DNA of 64,000 nucleotides from Eledone cirrhosa (Eukaryota), in the NCBI GenBank assembly GCA_964016885.1, contig OZ024741.1, positions 251,844,001 to 251,908,000 of the forward strand, read 5' to 3'. How positions within the stretch are numbered: position 1 is the first letter of the stretch; each line of letters begins with the position of its first letter. Both the position numbers and the translations under genes were made by a program. Shown here piece after piece: positions 52,545 to 64,000 of this stretch. The notes below the pieces were generated by a model. The model ran no database searches and was not told the DNA's origin. It saw only the letters and a program-made list of their open reading frames with translations.

Positions 52545-53587
52545 GATTAAAATAACACACAAACATAGACAAATATAAATACATAGAGACAAACATACAG
52601 ACATGTAAGTACTTAAACACAGAACAATATAGACAAACACATACATACAGACACAGAGAGATATGCTTTTACATACAGCTACACATAGACACACACACAC
52701 ATACACACACAGAGAGATATGCTTTTACATATAGCCATACATAGACACACACACACATACATACACAGACATATGCTTTTACATATTGCCATAGATAGGC
52801 AAACACGTTTTTACACACAGTCATACATAGACAAAAACATTCACAGACACAAGCATACATGCACATACAGATACACATACACACATAGACAGACATACAA
52901 ATATAGACAGACACACAAACATACACTGATGCACAGACATAGACACTGAAACAAACATACACATTCACTCAGACACATACACACATGCACACATACACAC
53001 ATTCACTCAGACACACACACAGACACACATACACACACAAACACACATTCACTCAGACACACACACAGACACACATACACACACAAACACACATTCACTC
53101 AGACACACACACAGACACACATACACACACATACACACATTCACTCAGACACACACACAGACACACACACACACACAAACACACATTCACTCAGACACAC
53201 ACACAAACACACATTCACTCAAACACACACACATACACACACAAACACCCATTCACTCAGACACACACACAAACACACATTCACTCAGATACACACACAT
53301 ACACACACACATACACACACACATACACACACAAACACACATTCACTCAGACACAAACACATACATACACAAACACAGCCATACATACAGATACATAATA
53401 CATATATATAAAAGCATACACATTCAAAAACAGACAAAAACACGTGCTGATGTCCAGACACAAACACACAGATGTACCAACACAGGCATACACCCCACCC
53501 CCCCCACACACACACAGATGTACCAACACAGGCATACACACACACACACACACAGATGTACCAACACAGGCATACACACACACACAG

Positions 53588-53618
<31 letters not shown>

Positions 53619-53734
53619 GATGTACCAACACAGGCATACACCCCCCCCCCACACACACACAGATGTACCAACACAGGCATACACCCACACACACACACAC
53701 AGATGTACCAACACAGGCATACACACATACACAG

Positions 53735-53765
<31 letters not shown>

Positions 53766-54064
53766 TGTACCAACACAGGCATACACACACACACAGACAC
53801 ATACATACAGTAACTCAGAAACAGACTCAGTCACTCAGGTGCACAGATACATCCACACTCCTACACACACACAGACAGTTATTCAACACACACACACATA
53901 CATAAACGTACACATACACAGACACACACATACATAAACGTACACATACACAGACACACACAAACATATGTTGATGCACATATACTCATATATACACGGA
54001 CAAACATAGACACACACATACACAGTCACTCAGACACACACAGATACATCTTCACACACAGACG

Positions 54065-54102
<38 letters not shown>

Positions 54103-55135
54103 CATAGGACAAACACATACAAATACACACATATACATGGGATAGACATGTACACAGACATACATAAGCATATATAGTGACACAATCACATATGCACACG
54201 CATATATATATATATATATACACATACATGGTACAGGCACACATACACACACATACATGGGCCAGGTACATATACACAATCATACACAGTCACAGACACA
54301 CACATACATACATGGACCAGGTACATATGGACAAATACACACACAGATGCATGGAACAGACACATACACATGTATACACACACATATACATTGAACAGAC
54401 ACATACATATACACACACACATACACATACATAGGACAGACACATACACACATGTGCACACACACACATATACATGAAACAGAGACATATACATATACAC
54501 ACACATACACATGCATACACATACATAGGAAAGACACATACACACGTGCACACACATATACATGAAACATATACATATACATATACATATACATACACAT
54601 ACATAGGACAGATACATACACACATGTGCACACACACACATATACATGAAACAGAGACATATACATATACATATACATATACATACACATACATAGGACA
54701 GATACATACACACATGTGCACACACACACACACGCATATACATGAAACAGAGACATATACATATACATACACATACATAGGACAGATACATACACACATG
54801 TACACACACACACACACACACATATACATGAAACAGAGACATATACATACACATACATAGGACAGATACATACACACATGTACACACACACACACACACA
54901 CACACATACATACATTGGACAGACACATACACACATGTACACACACACACACACATATACATGAAACAGAGACATATACATATACACACACACACATTGG
55001 ACAGACACATACATACATTGGACAGACACATACAGATATACCTGAAACAGAGATATATACGCACACACATACATAGGGCAGACACATACAACTGCACTCA
55101 CACACATATTCAAGGAACATACACACATTCACACA
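52545..55135. repeat. (CA)n-rich compound array with embedded fixed motifs
   Basis: Blocks of CATTCACTCAGA(CA)n, CAGATGTACCAACACAGGCATA(CA)n and CATGAAACAGAGACATA/ATAGGACAGA units. Confidence 0.9.
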
Positions 55136-55463
55136 CATACATAGTAGAGATACATACATCTCTACACAGTCTGCTCTATGTACCAGTACACATACATAGT
55201 AGAGATACATACGTCTCTACACAGTCTGCTCTATGTACCAGTACACATACATAGTAGAGATACATACATCTCTACACAGTCTGCTCTATGTACCAGTACA
55301 CATACATAGTAGAGATACATACATCTCTACACAGTCTGCTCTATGTACCAGTACACATACATAGTAGAGATACATACATCTCTACACAGTCTGCTCTATG
55401 TACCAGTACACATACATAGTAGAGATACATACATCTCTACACAGTCTGCTCTATGTACCAGTA
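55136..55463. repeat. Near-perfect 55-bp tandem repeat, ~6 copies
   Basis: CATACATAGTAGAGATACATACATCTCTACACAGTCTGCTCTATGTACCAGTACA; period 55; internal GTAGAGAT/ATCTCTAC hairpin. Confidence 0.95.
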
Positions 55464-55541
55464 GTACTAGCATATACTAGTCCAGTAACTATGTACCATT
55501 TCTGCCAAAATCAGCAGAATCATTCAATGTAGTTGGTTATA

Positions 55542-55570
55542 TAGCAGTAGTAGTAGTAGTAGTGGTAGTG

Positions 55571-55602
<32 letters not shown>

Positions 55603-55726
55603 GGTGGTGGTGGTGGTGGTGGTGGTGGTGGTGGTGGTTGTGGTGGTGGTGGTGGTGGTGGTGGTGGTGGTGGTGGTGGTGGTAGTAGTGGTGGTGGTGG
55701 TGGTGGTGGTGGTGGTGGTGGTAGTG

Positions 55727-55764
<38 letters not shown>

Positions 55765-55875
55765 GGTGGTGGTAGTAGTGGTGGTGGTGGTGGTGGTGGT
55801 GGTGGTGGTAGTAGTAGTAGTAGTAGTGGTGATGGTGGTGGTAGTGGTGGTAGTGGTGGTAGTAGTAGTAGTAGC

Positions 55876-55908
<33 letters not shown>

Positions 55909-56121
55909 GATGGGGGGTAGTGGGTGTAGTGGTGGTGGTGGTTGTAGTAGTAGTAGTAGTAGTAGTAGTAGCAGTAGTAGTAGTGATGGTGGTGGTGGCA
56001 GTGGTAGTAGTAGTAGTAGTAGTAGTGGGTGTAGTGGTGGTGGTGGTTGTAGTAGTAGTTGTGGTGGTGGTTGTGGTTGTAGTGGTGGTGGTTGTAGTAG
56101 TAGTAGTAGTAATAGTAGTGA

Positions 56122-56168
<47 letters not shown>

Positions 56169-56207
56169 ATGGTGGTAGTAGTAGTAGTGATGGTGGTGGT
56201 GGCAGTG

Positions 56208-56246
<39 letters not shown>

Positions 56247-56252
56247 ATTGTG

Positions 56253-56286
<34 letters not shown>

Positions 56287-56413
56287 AAGTAGTAGTAGTA
56301 GTGGTGGTGGTGGTAGTAGTAGTAGTAGTAGAGTAGTAGTAGTAGCAGTAGTAGTAGTAGTAGTAGCAGTAGTAGTAGTAGTAATAGTAGTAGTGATGGT
56401 GGTGGTGGCAGTG

Positions 56414-56462
<49 letters not shown>

Positions 56463-56492
56463 CAGCAGCAATAATAGTAGCAGTAGCAGTAA

Positions 56493-56530
<38 letters not shown>

Positions 56531-56549
56531 ATAGTAGCAGTAGCAGTAA

Positions 56550-56582
<33 letters not shown>

Positions 56583-56697
56583 CAGTAGTAGTAGTAGTAG
56601 TAGTAGTAGTAGCAGCAGTAATAGTAGTAGTAGCAGTAGTAGTAGCAGTAGTAGTAGTAGTAGCAGTAGTAGTAGCAGTAGTAGTAGTAGTAGTAGC

Positions 56698-56738
<41 letters not shown>

Positions 56739-56770
56739 CAGTAGTAGTAGTAGCAGTAGTAGTAGTTAGT
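55542..56770. repeat. (TAG)n/(TGG)n/(CAG) compound trinucleotide array
   Basis: Directly visible. Confidence 0.97.
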
Positions 56771-57027
56771 GTCCACCAGACCACTCTACACTAGCTACTA
56801 TACCAGGATGGACCAATAACTCCAGTTCCAATAGTAGCTAAATCTATGATCAAAGGTGTGCCAACCATTATCAGTTTTCTTTTTATATACCTAACACTAC
56901 ACTCTCCTAATATATCCTCATTCTTTATAAGATGTTCAGGTAGGGTTGGAGGTAAATTTAGCTGTTGTTTATAGCATGTCTAGCTACCTTGGAGAGATCT
57001 CCATCATCAGCTCATATTTCTACTGTA

Positions 57028-57322
57028 CTATGTATGTGTCAGTGTGAGTATGTATGTATGTATGTATGCATATCTATGTGTGTGTATGTGTGTATGCATG
57101 TGTGTATGTGTGTATGTATATATGTATGTATGTATGTATGTATGCATATATATGTGTGTGTATGCATGTGTGTATGTGTGTATGTGTGTATGTATGTATG
57201 TATGTATGTATGTATGTATGTATGTATGTATGTATGTATGTATATAATATATATACATATATACTATATATGAGTATATGGGACTGAATGTATGTATGTG
57301 GATGTATGTATGTATGTGTGTA
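57028..57322. repeat. (TATG)n/(TG)n microsatellite
   Basis: Directly visible. Confidence 0.95.
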
Positions 57323-57537
57323 TGAGTGAAAACACATGACTTAGAGGGTAGGGTGTTCTGCTCTCAAACATAAGGTCTCAGTTCAATTTCTGCCAGTGAA
57401 TTGTATCCTTGAGCAAGACACTTTATTCCACATTGCTCCAGTCCACTCAGCAGGAGAACATGAGTTGTACCTGTAATTCAAAAAGCCAACATTATCACAA
57501 ACTCTGTTATACTGAATCTCCCTGAGAACTACATTAA

Positions 57538-57755
57538 CCCTTTAGGATTTAAATTGGCTGTATTAGGTCAGAATTTTTCACACCCCTTTCTGTTCAAACT
57601 GACCATAACTGGCCACTCATACTAATGTTAAGGTATTGTTCTCAAAATAAATAATATCAAAATCCCATAGATTCAATATTATGAGAGATAATTGTGTAAG
57701 ATAAAGCCTTTACTGTGAAAATACAATGGTGTATATAGAGAGTAATGTAAATGCC
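57538..57755 (+). mobile_element. piggyBac-like MITE inserted at a TTAA within a SINE
   Basis: GAACTACA-TTAA|CCCTTTAGGATTTA; body matches 27931-28140; right TIR truncated. Confidence 0.75.
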
Positions 57756-58280
57756 TTCTCTCTGGCCTCAGTGTAAGCGGTACAGAGTTCTTCCCTCATC
57801 ACCTCCACAATCTCCATCCTCTCCTCCGAAGGATCAGCATAGAATTGGACCTTGGCAGCTTTCATGTGTCTGTAGAATGTGTAGCTACCTACATTTTAGT
57901 TTCATGGGCAGGTTATTTTGTTGATTAATTCAACTGGAATTGACAGAGGTTTTATTATCCTGTTTTTAGAATAGACATACCATATCCCTACATCTCATAG
58001 GACATGATTAAAAGGGTTTGTGTTAGAAAAGGCATCTTGTTGTAAAACATTGGCTCAAAATATCCTGTCCAACCCATGCTAGCCTGTTGAAGTGGACATA
58101 AAAACAATGATGAGGATAATGACGATATATATATATATATGAAGTAATTCCGTAGGAAAGGTAAAGGAAAGGAGAGTGCTCTATGTAGGCTACATTATGT
58201 CCGTTATTTTATTTCAGCCTCGCTTTCAATTGTCCTAGACTTTGATTTGAAATCCATATCTCACTTCCATTTTAAATAAA

Positions 58281-58341
58281 ATTTCATTCTGATGATTGAA
58301 ATCAGCTCGTCTGTCTTCGTGAAACCTATGGTAAATGAAAT
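58281..58341 (+). ncRNA. Type I hammerhead ribozyme motif with intact catalytic core (GUA site)
   Basis: ATTTCATT-CTGATGA-(imperfect stem II)-GAAA-CC-tat-GG-TA-AATGAAAT; perfect 8-bp stem I; predicted cleavage after 58333. Confidence 0.75.
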
Positions 58342-58342
58342 A

Positions 58343-58513
58343 ATTATCTTATGTTGTTTATTACATAACTATATATATATATATATATATATTATCTTAT
58401 GTTGTTTATTACATAACTATATAACTATATATATATATATATATTATCTTATGTTGTTTATTACATAACTATATATATATATATATATATATTATCTTAT
58501 GTTGTTTATTACA

Positions 58514-58544
<31 letters not shown>

Positions 58545-58673
58545 TATCTTATGTTGTTTATTACATAACTATATAACTATATATATATATATATATTATC
58601 TTATGTTGTTTATTACATAACTATATATATATATATATATATATTAACTTATGTTGTTTATTACATAACTATA

Positions 58674-58719
<46 letters not shown>

Positions 58720-58737
58720 CTTATGTTGTTTATTACA

Positions 58738-58790
<53 letters not shown>
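58343..58790. repeat. Eight copies of ATTATCTTATGTTGTTTATTACATAACT, each followed by variable (AT)n
   Basis: Directly visible; begins immediately after the hammerhead stem I. Confidence 0.95.
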
Positions 58791-58798
<8 letters not shown>

Positions 58799-59139
58799 TA
58801 TGTCAACATGTGGCTGAGTGGTTAGCAATCTTGAGGTTGTGAGTTTGATTCCTGGATCGGGCGATGCATTATGTCCTTGAGCAAGACACTATTTCATGTT
58901 GCTCCTTCTACCTGGAGTTGCGACCGATAGATAGTACTAGTAACTGGAAAGACTAACAGAAACATTGTTTCCTCCGTCCGATTTGACGAAAGTCAATCGA
59001 TCCTTTTATATACACTAAATTGATTTAATCAACAGATATAAAAGATATATATTGATTATGTTACTCAACACAGGAAGCTTGATGAACATTATATTCAACT
59101 TGATATATGAAAAATGATTTTTTATATATCCTTTAAATT

Positions 59140-59273
<134 letters not shown>

Positions 59274-59372
59274 TATGTTGAAAAGGTAACACACTAGAGA
59301 GAGAGATAGTGCGCCATCAATAAAACAGGGAAAAACCACCAGTGTATGGAATTAATTAATTTATCGTATATA

Positions 59373-59416
<44 letters not shown>

Positions 59417-59417
<1 letters not shown>

Positions 59418-59541
59418 GAAAAGAGTCAGGACCCCGATGTCTGAGCTCCAGCTATTTCGACAGCTAGATCTAGCTAGATCTAGTTTGGATCTAGCTGTCG
59501 AAACGGCTGGAGCTCAGCCGTCGGGGTCCTGACTCTTTTCC
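59417..59541. other. Fold-back hairpin (54-bp arms) containing a hammerhead 3' half
   Basis: 59417-59470 is the near-perfect reverse complement of 59488-59541; the right arm reads CTAGCTGTC-GAAA-CGGCTG-gagct-CAGCCG-TC-GGGGTCCT. Confidence 0.75.
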
Positions 59542-59620
59542 TATTTCTCACTCTACTACTCTAAGTATTGAGTACTCTGGTGTGTTGTGGTCCACCTAGT
59601 GTCTTACAACACTTTCTATG

Positions 59621-59658
<38 letters not shown>

Positions 59659-59659
59659 T

Positions 59660-60005
59660 TGGTATAACAAAAACATCCAGCCCACATTGTATAGTGGTCA
59701 TGTAGATGTCATAACAAAAAGCACCCATCCCACACTGTAAGGTGGTCATGCAGGAGTCACGACTAAAAACATCCAGCCCACACTATGAAGTGGTCGTGTA
59801 GCTGTCACGACAAAAATCAGCCAGCACACACTGTAAATGTGGTTGGCATAAGGAAGGGCATCCAGCTATAGAAATCCAGCCAAAAATAGTCCTATATGTG
59901 CAAGACACGGTCGCCTGACCCAACCTGCCTCTAATGGGATAACCCATCTCACCCCTGTTAATGTGGAAAATGGACATTAAACGATGATGATGATGATGAT
60001 GATGA
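59660..60005 (+). mobile_element. RTE-like 3' UTR fragment with four ~43-bp internal repeats and (ATG)n tail
   Basis: AAAA(C/G)CA(T/C)CCAGCCCACACTGTAAAGTGGTC-like unit x4, then GGAAGGGCATCCAGC and (GAT)n. Confidence 0.75.
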
Positions 60006-60073
60006 TATATATGCAAAAAGAAAGTGATAAAACAACATTGATATAGTATAATTAACGTATATATTTGTTTAAT

Positions 60074-60410
60074 GGAGGCACATGGCTTAGTGGTTAGAGC
60101 ATTGGCCTTGCAATCGAAAGGTTGTGAGCTCAATTCTCAGACCGGGTGATGTGTTGTTTCCTTGAGCAAGACACTTTATTTCACATTGCTCCAGTTTACA
60201 CAGCTGTAGAAATGAGATGATAGGGACTCGGGTTCCTATCATTCCACTGCAAAGTGGTCGTGGAGGTGCCACGGCAAAAAAGCACCCAGCACTCACTGTA
60301 AATGTGGTTGGTGTTAGGAAGGGCATCCAGCTGTAGAAATCAAGCCAGAATCAGTTCCCATCCCACCCTTGCAAGCAGGGAAAAGTGGATGTAAAATGAT
60401 GATGATGATG
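60074..60410 (+). mobile_element. SINE family A, full-length with target-site duplication
   Basis: ATTTGTTTAAT flanks both ends (60063-60073 and 60411-60421); A/B boxes; (ATG)n tail. Confidence 0.93.
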
Positions 60411-60969
60411 ATTTGTTTAATGCTTGATATAGTAGGAAAGGAGTCTTAATGTTTCAGATATTAGTCCTTCATAAGAAGATAGATTGAGAGATAAAAGAAA
60501 AAAGATAGACCTATAGACAAGAGTTAGAAGAGGAACAGATGAGTGTGGATCAGAATGTATCTTAGACATCCTATCCTTCTTGTTCCCTCCAATTACATGC
60601 TAGGTCACATTTACTTTGAAAAAAACGAAGACTCTTCAAGGTATAGAGGACTGATTTACCATGTATGAGCAAAACAACATTTCAACTGTTGGCACCATGG
60701 TTGATAAAATGCCAGCAAAACACACTGCAAAGTGATTTACAGGCTGGCAGAGGGGAAACAAGCAAAATGTGTGAGGAGGAGCCCATTTCTCTCTCCACAT
60801 CAAGCTGAAGTTCACAGTTTCTGACAGAAGAAACACAAAAACTGACAGCCCTACTGAATAAACTGAAGGAATCGGAAGGGAATTGCAATGTGTTGTGTGG
60901 GGAAAGTGATGGATTCCAGTGATGGATTTAACTTTTGTGGAATATCAAAATACCAGAACTTGATTGATC

Positions 60970-61245
60970 ACTTCCTTTTCATGCAGGTCATGGTCAAGAC
61001 CTCTGGTGTCCTCAGCTAAACTGGGAGGAGTACATCCCACATGAGGATAGTCCCATGAGGTCAAGTACTTAATGTAGCAGTTATTGTAGGCTGATCTCTG
61101 CAGCTATGTCTTTACCATTCTGTCTATATAGTGCAGCTGGATCCCAGCTGCACTATATATACATGGTAAAGACATAGCTTACCACCTTAGACTGGGTTGT
61201 AGAGTCTGCTGCTTCGCTATTTAATTTTTTCTTTCTTTTGTTTTC
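60970..61245 (-). mobile_element. Dispersed-repeat segment homologous to the flanks of the 41-bp array; contains a 78-bp fold-back (61102-61179)
   Basis: Minus strand aligns in order with 25545-25563 and 27123-27288 (CTACA.CCCAGTCT.AG, CAGCTGCAC, CTGCAGAGA, CCAGAGGT.TTGA). Confidence 0.7.
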
Positions 61246-61270
61246 TTTTTTTATTACAAACATTATTTAA

Positions 61271-61468
61271 CCCTTTCATGACTGCATTTCTAATGCTCTA
61301 TTTTAATTAGTAATTATTAATTATTTCATTGTGAAGATATTAATTTAATGTAAGGTTCTTATATAAAATTATGTTGGAAGATTTAAATTTAAATTGGAAA
61401 CCTTTAAAATAGGGGGGTTTTATTTCATAGAACCAGACTCGGTGTTGGCCAGGTTGGGAATTAAAGGG
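61271..61468. mobile_element. Second piggyBac-like MITE family
   Basis: TTAA|CCCTTT...AAAGGG|TTAA. Confidence 0.7.
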
Positions 61469-61599
61469 TTAATCCAACTGAAATCTGTTGAATTTTGAAG
61501 TTATTCAATTGTTTTAAAACTTCACTATTCGTTCAAATACCAGACGGCTACAAGTGAAAATCACACTAGTTGTCTATGTATAACTAAATATATTGTCGG

Positions 61600-61800
61600 A
61601 TATAGATTGTCGGACAAAATACTTTACGATATGTAGTTACGAATTTCTATGTTCTGAGGTCAAATCCTGTAGAGGTCAATTATGCTTTTCATCTTTTCAG
61701 GATTGATAAAATAAAGTACCAGTCAAGTACAGGGGCTTGATATAATTGATTTTCTCCCCCCTCAGCCCAAATTACTGGCTTTGTGCCGACATTAGAAATC
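61600..61800 (+). mobile_element. SINE family B copy (diverged)
   Basis: TTCTGAGGTCAAATCC...TTTTCATCTTTTCAGGATTGATAAAATAAAGTACCAG...GGCTTTGTGCC. Confidence 0.75.
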
Positions 61801-61829
61801 CTCATCAGAGGCTTGTTGTTGATGATGTT

Positions 61830-63435
61830 TAGCTCCAGTTTAACTCCTCTTTAGCTCCTCTTTATCTCTAGTTTAGCTCCTTTAAGCTCCAGTTTAGCCC
61901 CCCTTAAGCTCCAGTTGAGCCCCTTTAAGTTCCAGTTTAGCTCCAGTTTAGCTCCTGATTATCTTCTGATTATCTCCTGTTTATCTTCTGATTATCTTCT
62001 GATTATCTCCTGTTTATCTCGTGATTATCTACTGTTTAGCTCCTGATTATCTCCTGATTATCTCCTGATTACCTCCTGTTTATCTCCTGATTAGCTACTG
62101 ATTATCTCCTGTTTATCTCCTGTTTAGCTCCTGATTATCTCCTGTTTATCTCCTGTTTAGCTCCTGATTATCTCCTGATTATCTCCTGTTTATCTCCTGA
62201 TTATCTCCTGATTATCTCCTGATTATCTCCTGATTATCTCCTGATTATCTTCTGATTACCTCCTGTTTATCTCCTGTTTATCTCCTGATTAGCTACTGAT
62301 TATCTCCTGTTTATCTCCTGTTTAGCTCCTGATTATCTCCTGTTTAGTTTCTGTTTATCTCCTGATTATCTCCTGATTATCTCCTGTTTAGCTCCTGATT
62401 ATCGCCTGATTATCTCCTGTTTATCTCCTGATTATCTCCTCTTTATCTCCTGATTATCTCCTGATTATCTCCTGATTACCTCCTGTTTATCTCCTGTTTA
62501 TCTCCTGATTAGCTACTGATTATCTCCTGATTATCTCCTGATTATCTCCTGATTATCTTCTGATTACCTCCTGTTTATCTCCTGTTTATCTCCTGATTAG
62601 CTACTGATTATCTCCTGTTTATCTCCTGTTTAGCTCCTGATTATCTCCTGTTTAGTTTCTGTTTATCTCCTGATTATCTCCTGTTTAGCTCCTGATTATC
62701 GCCTGATTATCTCCTGTTTATCTCCTGATTATCTCCTCTTTATCTCCTGATTATCTCCTGATTATCTCCTGATTACCTCCTGTTTATCTCCTGTTTATCT
62801 CCTGATTAGCTACTGATTATCTCCTGTTTATCTCTTGTTTAGCTCCTGATTATCTCCTGTTTAGTTTCTGTTTATCTCCTGATTATCTCCTGATTATCTC
62901 CTGTTTAGCTCCTGATTATCGCCTGATTATCTCCTGGCTATCTCCTGATTATCTCCTGTTTATCTCCTGATTATCTCCTGATTATCTCCTGATTATCTCC
63001 TGATTACCTCCTGTTTATCTCCTGTTTATCTCCTGATTGGCTACTGATTATCTCCTGTTTATCTCCTGATTACCTCCTGATTATCTCCTGTTTAGCCTCA
63101 GTTTAGCTCCTGATTATCTCCTGATTATCTCCTGTTTAGCTCCTGATTATCTCCTGATTATCTCCTGTTTAGCTCCTGATTATCGCCTGATTATCTCCTG
63201 ATTATCGCCTGATTATCTCCTGATTATCTCCTGAATATCTCCTGATTATCTCCTGATTATCTCCTGTTTAGCTTCTGTTTATCTCCTGATTATCTCCTGT
63301 TTATCTCCTGATTATCTCCTGATTATCTCATGTCTATCTCCTGTTTAGCTCCTGATTATCTCTTGTTTAGCTCCTGTTTATCTCCTGTTTATCTCCAGTT
63401 CATCTCATGTTTAGCTCCTGTTTAGCTCCTATTTA
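61830..63435. repeat. 11-bp satellite (G[A/T]TTATCTCCT), ~145 copies, with higher-order blocks
   Basis: Period of 11 counted; variant GATT(A/G)GCTACT recurs six times in similar contexts. Confidence 0.97.
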
Positions 63436-64000
63436 GTGGTGCTTTTCATCCTCCCGGGATCTATAAAATAAGATACCATTCTATGGCAGAGAATTGTCAT
63501 ATATTATTTTCGCTGGCTTTTTTTTTTGTGCTGTGTTTGTAAACAATGATACTGGCCAAGATACATTATTCCTTCTTTTAGACCACATCATCTAAAGGGA
63601 GAGGGGTGCTTATCATTATTACCATTTAATGTCTCAATTTTCTGTAATTATATGTGTCAAACAGGCTCTTATATATTGAGGCTAGACTATTCAGATAGCT
63701 ATATCTTGCTTGAATATTCCACTTTTGGCTTGGTTTCTATGCCTGGATGCCCTTGTTAATGCCAATCACTTTACAGCACATAGTGGGAGCAGTTTAGAGT
63801 GACTCCAATACCATTGCCATAAAGGACAGACTAGATGCTTTTTGTCATGGCACCAGCATTACCACCGTATAAACATGGTTTTGTCTTTGCGTGTAATTGT
63901 TTTTCACCGCTCCAAATAATGACGTATTATCTTCGTTTTTTCCCGTTCTTTGCCAGGGAACGTTTCCACGAACCAAAGTATCATCTTCCTGTCTTCCTCC

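Noticed and set aside
52500-57337. Many Cys/Val/Tyr/His/Thr ORFs
   Set aside because: Translations of CA, TA, TAG and TATG microsatellites
59070-59125. TTGATGA...GAAA as another hammerhead
   Set aside because: Core mismatch and no stem I; AT-rich chance match
60620-60960. Coding-looking stretch
   Set aside because: Frames are short and interrupted, with no recognisable domain

Overview
AT-rich, repeat-saturated animal genomic DNA. The gene and repeat content point to a coleoid cephalopod, probably octopus (inference). The only supported host gene is one large protocadherin exon on the minus strand (~15.2-17.6 kb): signal peptide, 6 cadherin repeats, a TM segment and the start of the cytoplasmic tail, ending at a GTAAGT donor. 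The rest is repeats: a 12.7-kb 34-bp satellite with higher-order structure; 41-bp, 11-bp, 55-bp and GT-rich arrays; microsatellites; two tRNA-headed SINE families; 5'-truncated RTE LINEs; a decayed LINE end; two Helitrons nested in one minisatellite; and piggyBac-, mariner- and Tc2-like MITEs. The most notable unannotated signal is a set of about nine type I hammerhead-ribozyme-like motifs from several families. Most sit in short islands inside (TA)n tracts, often with fold-back inversions, as expected for Penelope-like or retrozyme remnants. One variant core (CAGAAGA) occurs inside both Helitrons. All structures were paired by eye and no searches were run.
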